This document shows positions 62,018 to 64,000 of a DNA stretch of 64,000 bases, piece after piece. Below the pieces are notes generated by a model. That model saw only the letters and a list, made by a program, of their open reading frames with translations, was not told where the DNA came from and ran no database searches. Numbering within the stretch: the stretch's first letter is position 1; each line of letters begins with the position of its first letter. A program made the translations under genes and the position numbers. The DNA comes from the human T2T-CHM13v2.0 reference genome, Homo sapiens: the NCBI RefSeq assembly GCF_009914755.1, contig NC_060933.1; one strand, given 5' to 3'.

Positions 62018-63001
62018 TTATGGTCCTTCCTCTTCAAACCTTTTTAACAAGTCTTGGCTTTGCTGTTCGACTTGATCCTCTAAAAGGAAAAGCTTATCTG
62101 AATAAGGTGGAGGAGAGCTAAGGGAGGTTTTAGTAAGTACTGTTTCTATAAGCCTCTGTACTAGCCCACGGATACATGGTGTGACACAACACCCAAAAAG
62201 AATGACTACACCTATTACGGCTGCAAGAGAAGTAAGAATTGAGGCTATGATTCCTTTCCATTTACCAAACCACCTTTCTAGCCATCCTGAAAAAGGGTCA
62301 TTGACTCCAGAATTTTTAGCTAATTCATTGGATAAAGCAGTAAGGCCTTGTAAGGCCCTTGTTATGCTCCCACTAGGGGCAGTATTGTTTGGGATGAAGG
62401 TACAACATTGAGTTTTGATCATAACACAAACTCCACCTTTTTTGGCTAATATCATGTCTAGGGCCATTCTGTTTTCCCAAGCCATCTGGCTAGTAGGCCC
62501 TAACTGTTCAGCTATTCCTTTGACAGCATCTCTAGTGTAGTTAATAAACCGCTGCTGGTTATAATAGATGTAATTTATCCAATCTATGTTTTTACTGATA
62601 GTTACCCACCAAAATATTGATTCAAATCCTGCAGCTATCTGGTCTTGAGCTTTGAATTTGTGTGGTACTCCCTGTGGGACTCCAGTTGCGTCTAAATAAA
62701 CTTGAGAGTCAAAAGACCCATAAGGGGCTTCTCTTATTTTACGGTGTTGTGGCTTTTCTTTTTCTGGTTGAAGAAATGCAAGGGCAAAAGGGATAGCGAA
62801 TTGGACAAGAGTGCAAGTACCACTCCAGTTACTTGGCAGAGTGTCCAGTAAGGGTCCACCACAATACCACCATACATCCGCTACATCCGCTCGAGAATGA
62901 CTAACAGCAGACTGATGGGTAAGCTCTTGGAAGGGCTTAAGCTCACTACATCCCATTAAGCTTCCACGGAATGCCAAGTTTTCCCTTGTCATGAGAGACA
63001 T
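62018..63001 (-). CDS. Open 327-aa env remnant (SU C-terminus plus complete TM subunit); translation not established
   Basis: ATG-initiated, uninterrupted 984-nt ORF in the ORF track with intact RKIR, ISD, CX6CC, TM and cytoplasmic tail. It has no signal peptide. Confidence 0.4.
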   Translation of the reverse strand: MSLMTRENLAFRGSLMGCSELKPFQELTHQSAVSHSRADVADVWWYCGGPLLDTLPSNWSGTCTLVQFAIPFALAFLQPEKEKPQHRKIREAPYGSFDSQVYLDATGVPQGVPHKFKAQDQIAAGFESIFWWVTISKNIDWINYIYYNQQRFINYTRDAVKGIAEQLGPTSQMAWENRMALDMILAKKGGVCVMIKTQCCTFIPNNTAPSGSITRALQGLTALSNELAKNSGVNDPFSGWLERWFGKWKGIIASILTSLAAVIGVVILFGCCVTPCIRGLVQRLIETVLTKTSLSSPPPYSDKLFLLEDQVEQQSQDLLKRFEEEGP

Positions 63002-63994
63002 GAGATGAAACTGACATTGGGAGACGGAAGCTGGATGGCCCTCGGGGGCTGACCCGCAGGGTGTTGAACTTCAGGATAGAGCAGAGAGAGAGCTTGGCAT
63101 GATATATTGCCCCAAGCTGTAGAATCCTGGAAGAGAGCTACCATACAGCCCATGCTTGGTCGACGGGAGGACCATCTGAGTGGAAAGGGGACAATCTGGG
63201 CCTCTGGCCTGCTGTGCGCACAAGCATAACAATTGCTTTTGTTTAAAGTGTGGACGGAATATTTAATCCATTCCATCCAGGCATTTGCATCTTGATATCC
63301 TGTTTCAATTGCTAAAGTTTGTTTTAGGTCATTTACTTCTACAATATCTATTTTGGTTTTATCTTTGGGTGGAGGAAGAACAGAACATTGGGGGATAATG
63401 TAGAAGGAATGTAGGAGGTGAAGGAGTAATAAAACATATCTCAAAATATCCAATAAGATGTGCCCCTGCTATTTCGGCTCCCATGCCATATAAGCAACTT
63501 AAAGTAGGTTTAGGGTCAGTAGAAGTTGGAATGAGAATAGAAATTTGCACTGGATTACATTGGTTATACTGGCAATTATGGGGGGTACTTTCTTTAGTGA
63601 AGTGAATGTATGGTTTTAAGGACATACAACCACCGGTTGACGAGGTCCAGCCTTGATATTCAGTTGTCCACACAACATCATTCCAGCTATGGCAGACCTG
63701 TTTTCCTGCATTCGTTAAGGAACAAGGGTCTTGATAGGGGGAGCCTTTTATCTTAAAGGGGCAGAGATACTTCTCTGAGTCTGAGAGTTGCTTTTGACTT
63801 TGGAGATCTCCACAGGGTATGACAAGACATGCATCGAAGGTAATAGTTTGGGGTGAGCTTGACCTGGTTACATTAATAATGAGGTGGTCAGCCATAGAAT
63901 GAGGAAAGAAGAAGGAGTAATAGAATAGATGAAGGAGAGTTAAACTTTTCTTAGCGTTAGTTTGGTAGGGTTTTCCCCTGGGATAACGGCCCAT
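62018..63994 (-). pseudogene. env: ERV env gene (gamma-type TM) broken by two frameshifts (~63400 and ~63000)
   Basis: Three consecutive overlapping ORFs (63994-63359, 63453-62989, 63001-62018) carry a hydrophobic leader, Cys-rich SU, CYAC (CXXC), furin site RKIR, ISD WENRMALDMILAKKGGVC, CX6CC (CVMIKTQCC) and a TM helix. Confidence 0.92.
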
Positions 63995-64000
63995 GACTCC

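Overview
This is repeat-dominated primate genomic DNA, almost certainly human: it carries an AluYb8 with all diagnostic positions. Most of the window consists of Alus, fragmented L1s, MaLR/ERV LTR elements and DNA-transposon fossils, and nearly all ORFs in the track are Alu, L1 or microsatellite artefacts. I see no intact cellular protein-coding gene. Recognisable features are a full-length RPS10 processed pseudogene inserted inside an Alu, a U6 retrocopy, short 5' retrocopies of 5S rRNA and tRNA-Glu, a complete THE1 provirus, an LTR14 (HML-10) solo LTR, and a CpG-rich promoter-like island at about 30.6-31.7 kb. The right edge holds the 3' end of a class I ERV on the minus strand. Its env is split by two frameshifts but retains a 327-codon ORF covering the whole TM subunit. 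The most interesting unexplained signal is a chain of phase-compatible, plus-strand exon-like segments at 47.5-59.3 kb, downstream of a CpG-retaining promoter-like patch at about 46 kb. This is a candidate decayed gene or spliced lncRNA and is unproven. Repeat subfamily names come from recalled consensus sequences, not from a search.
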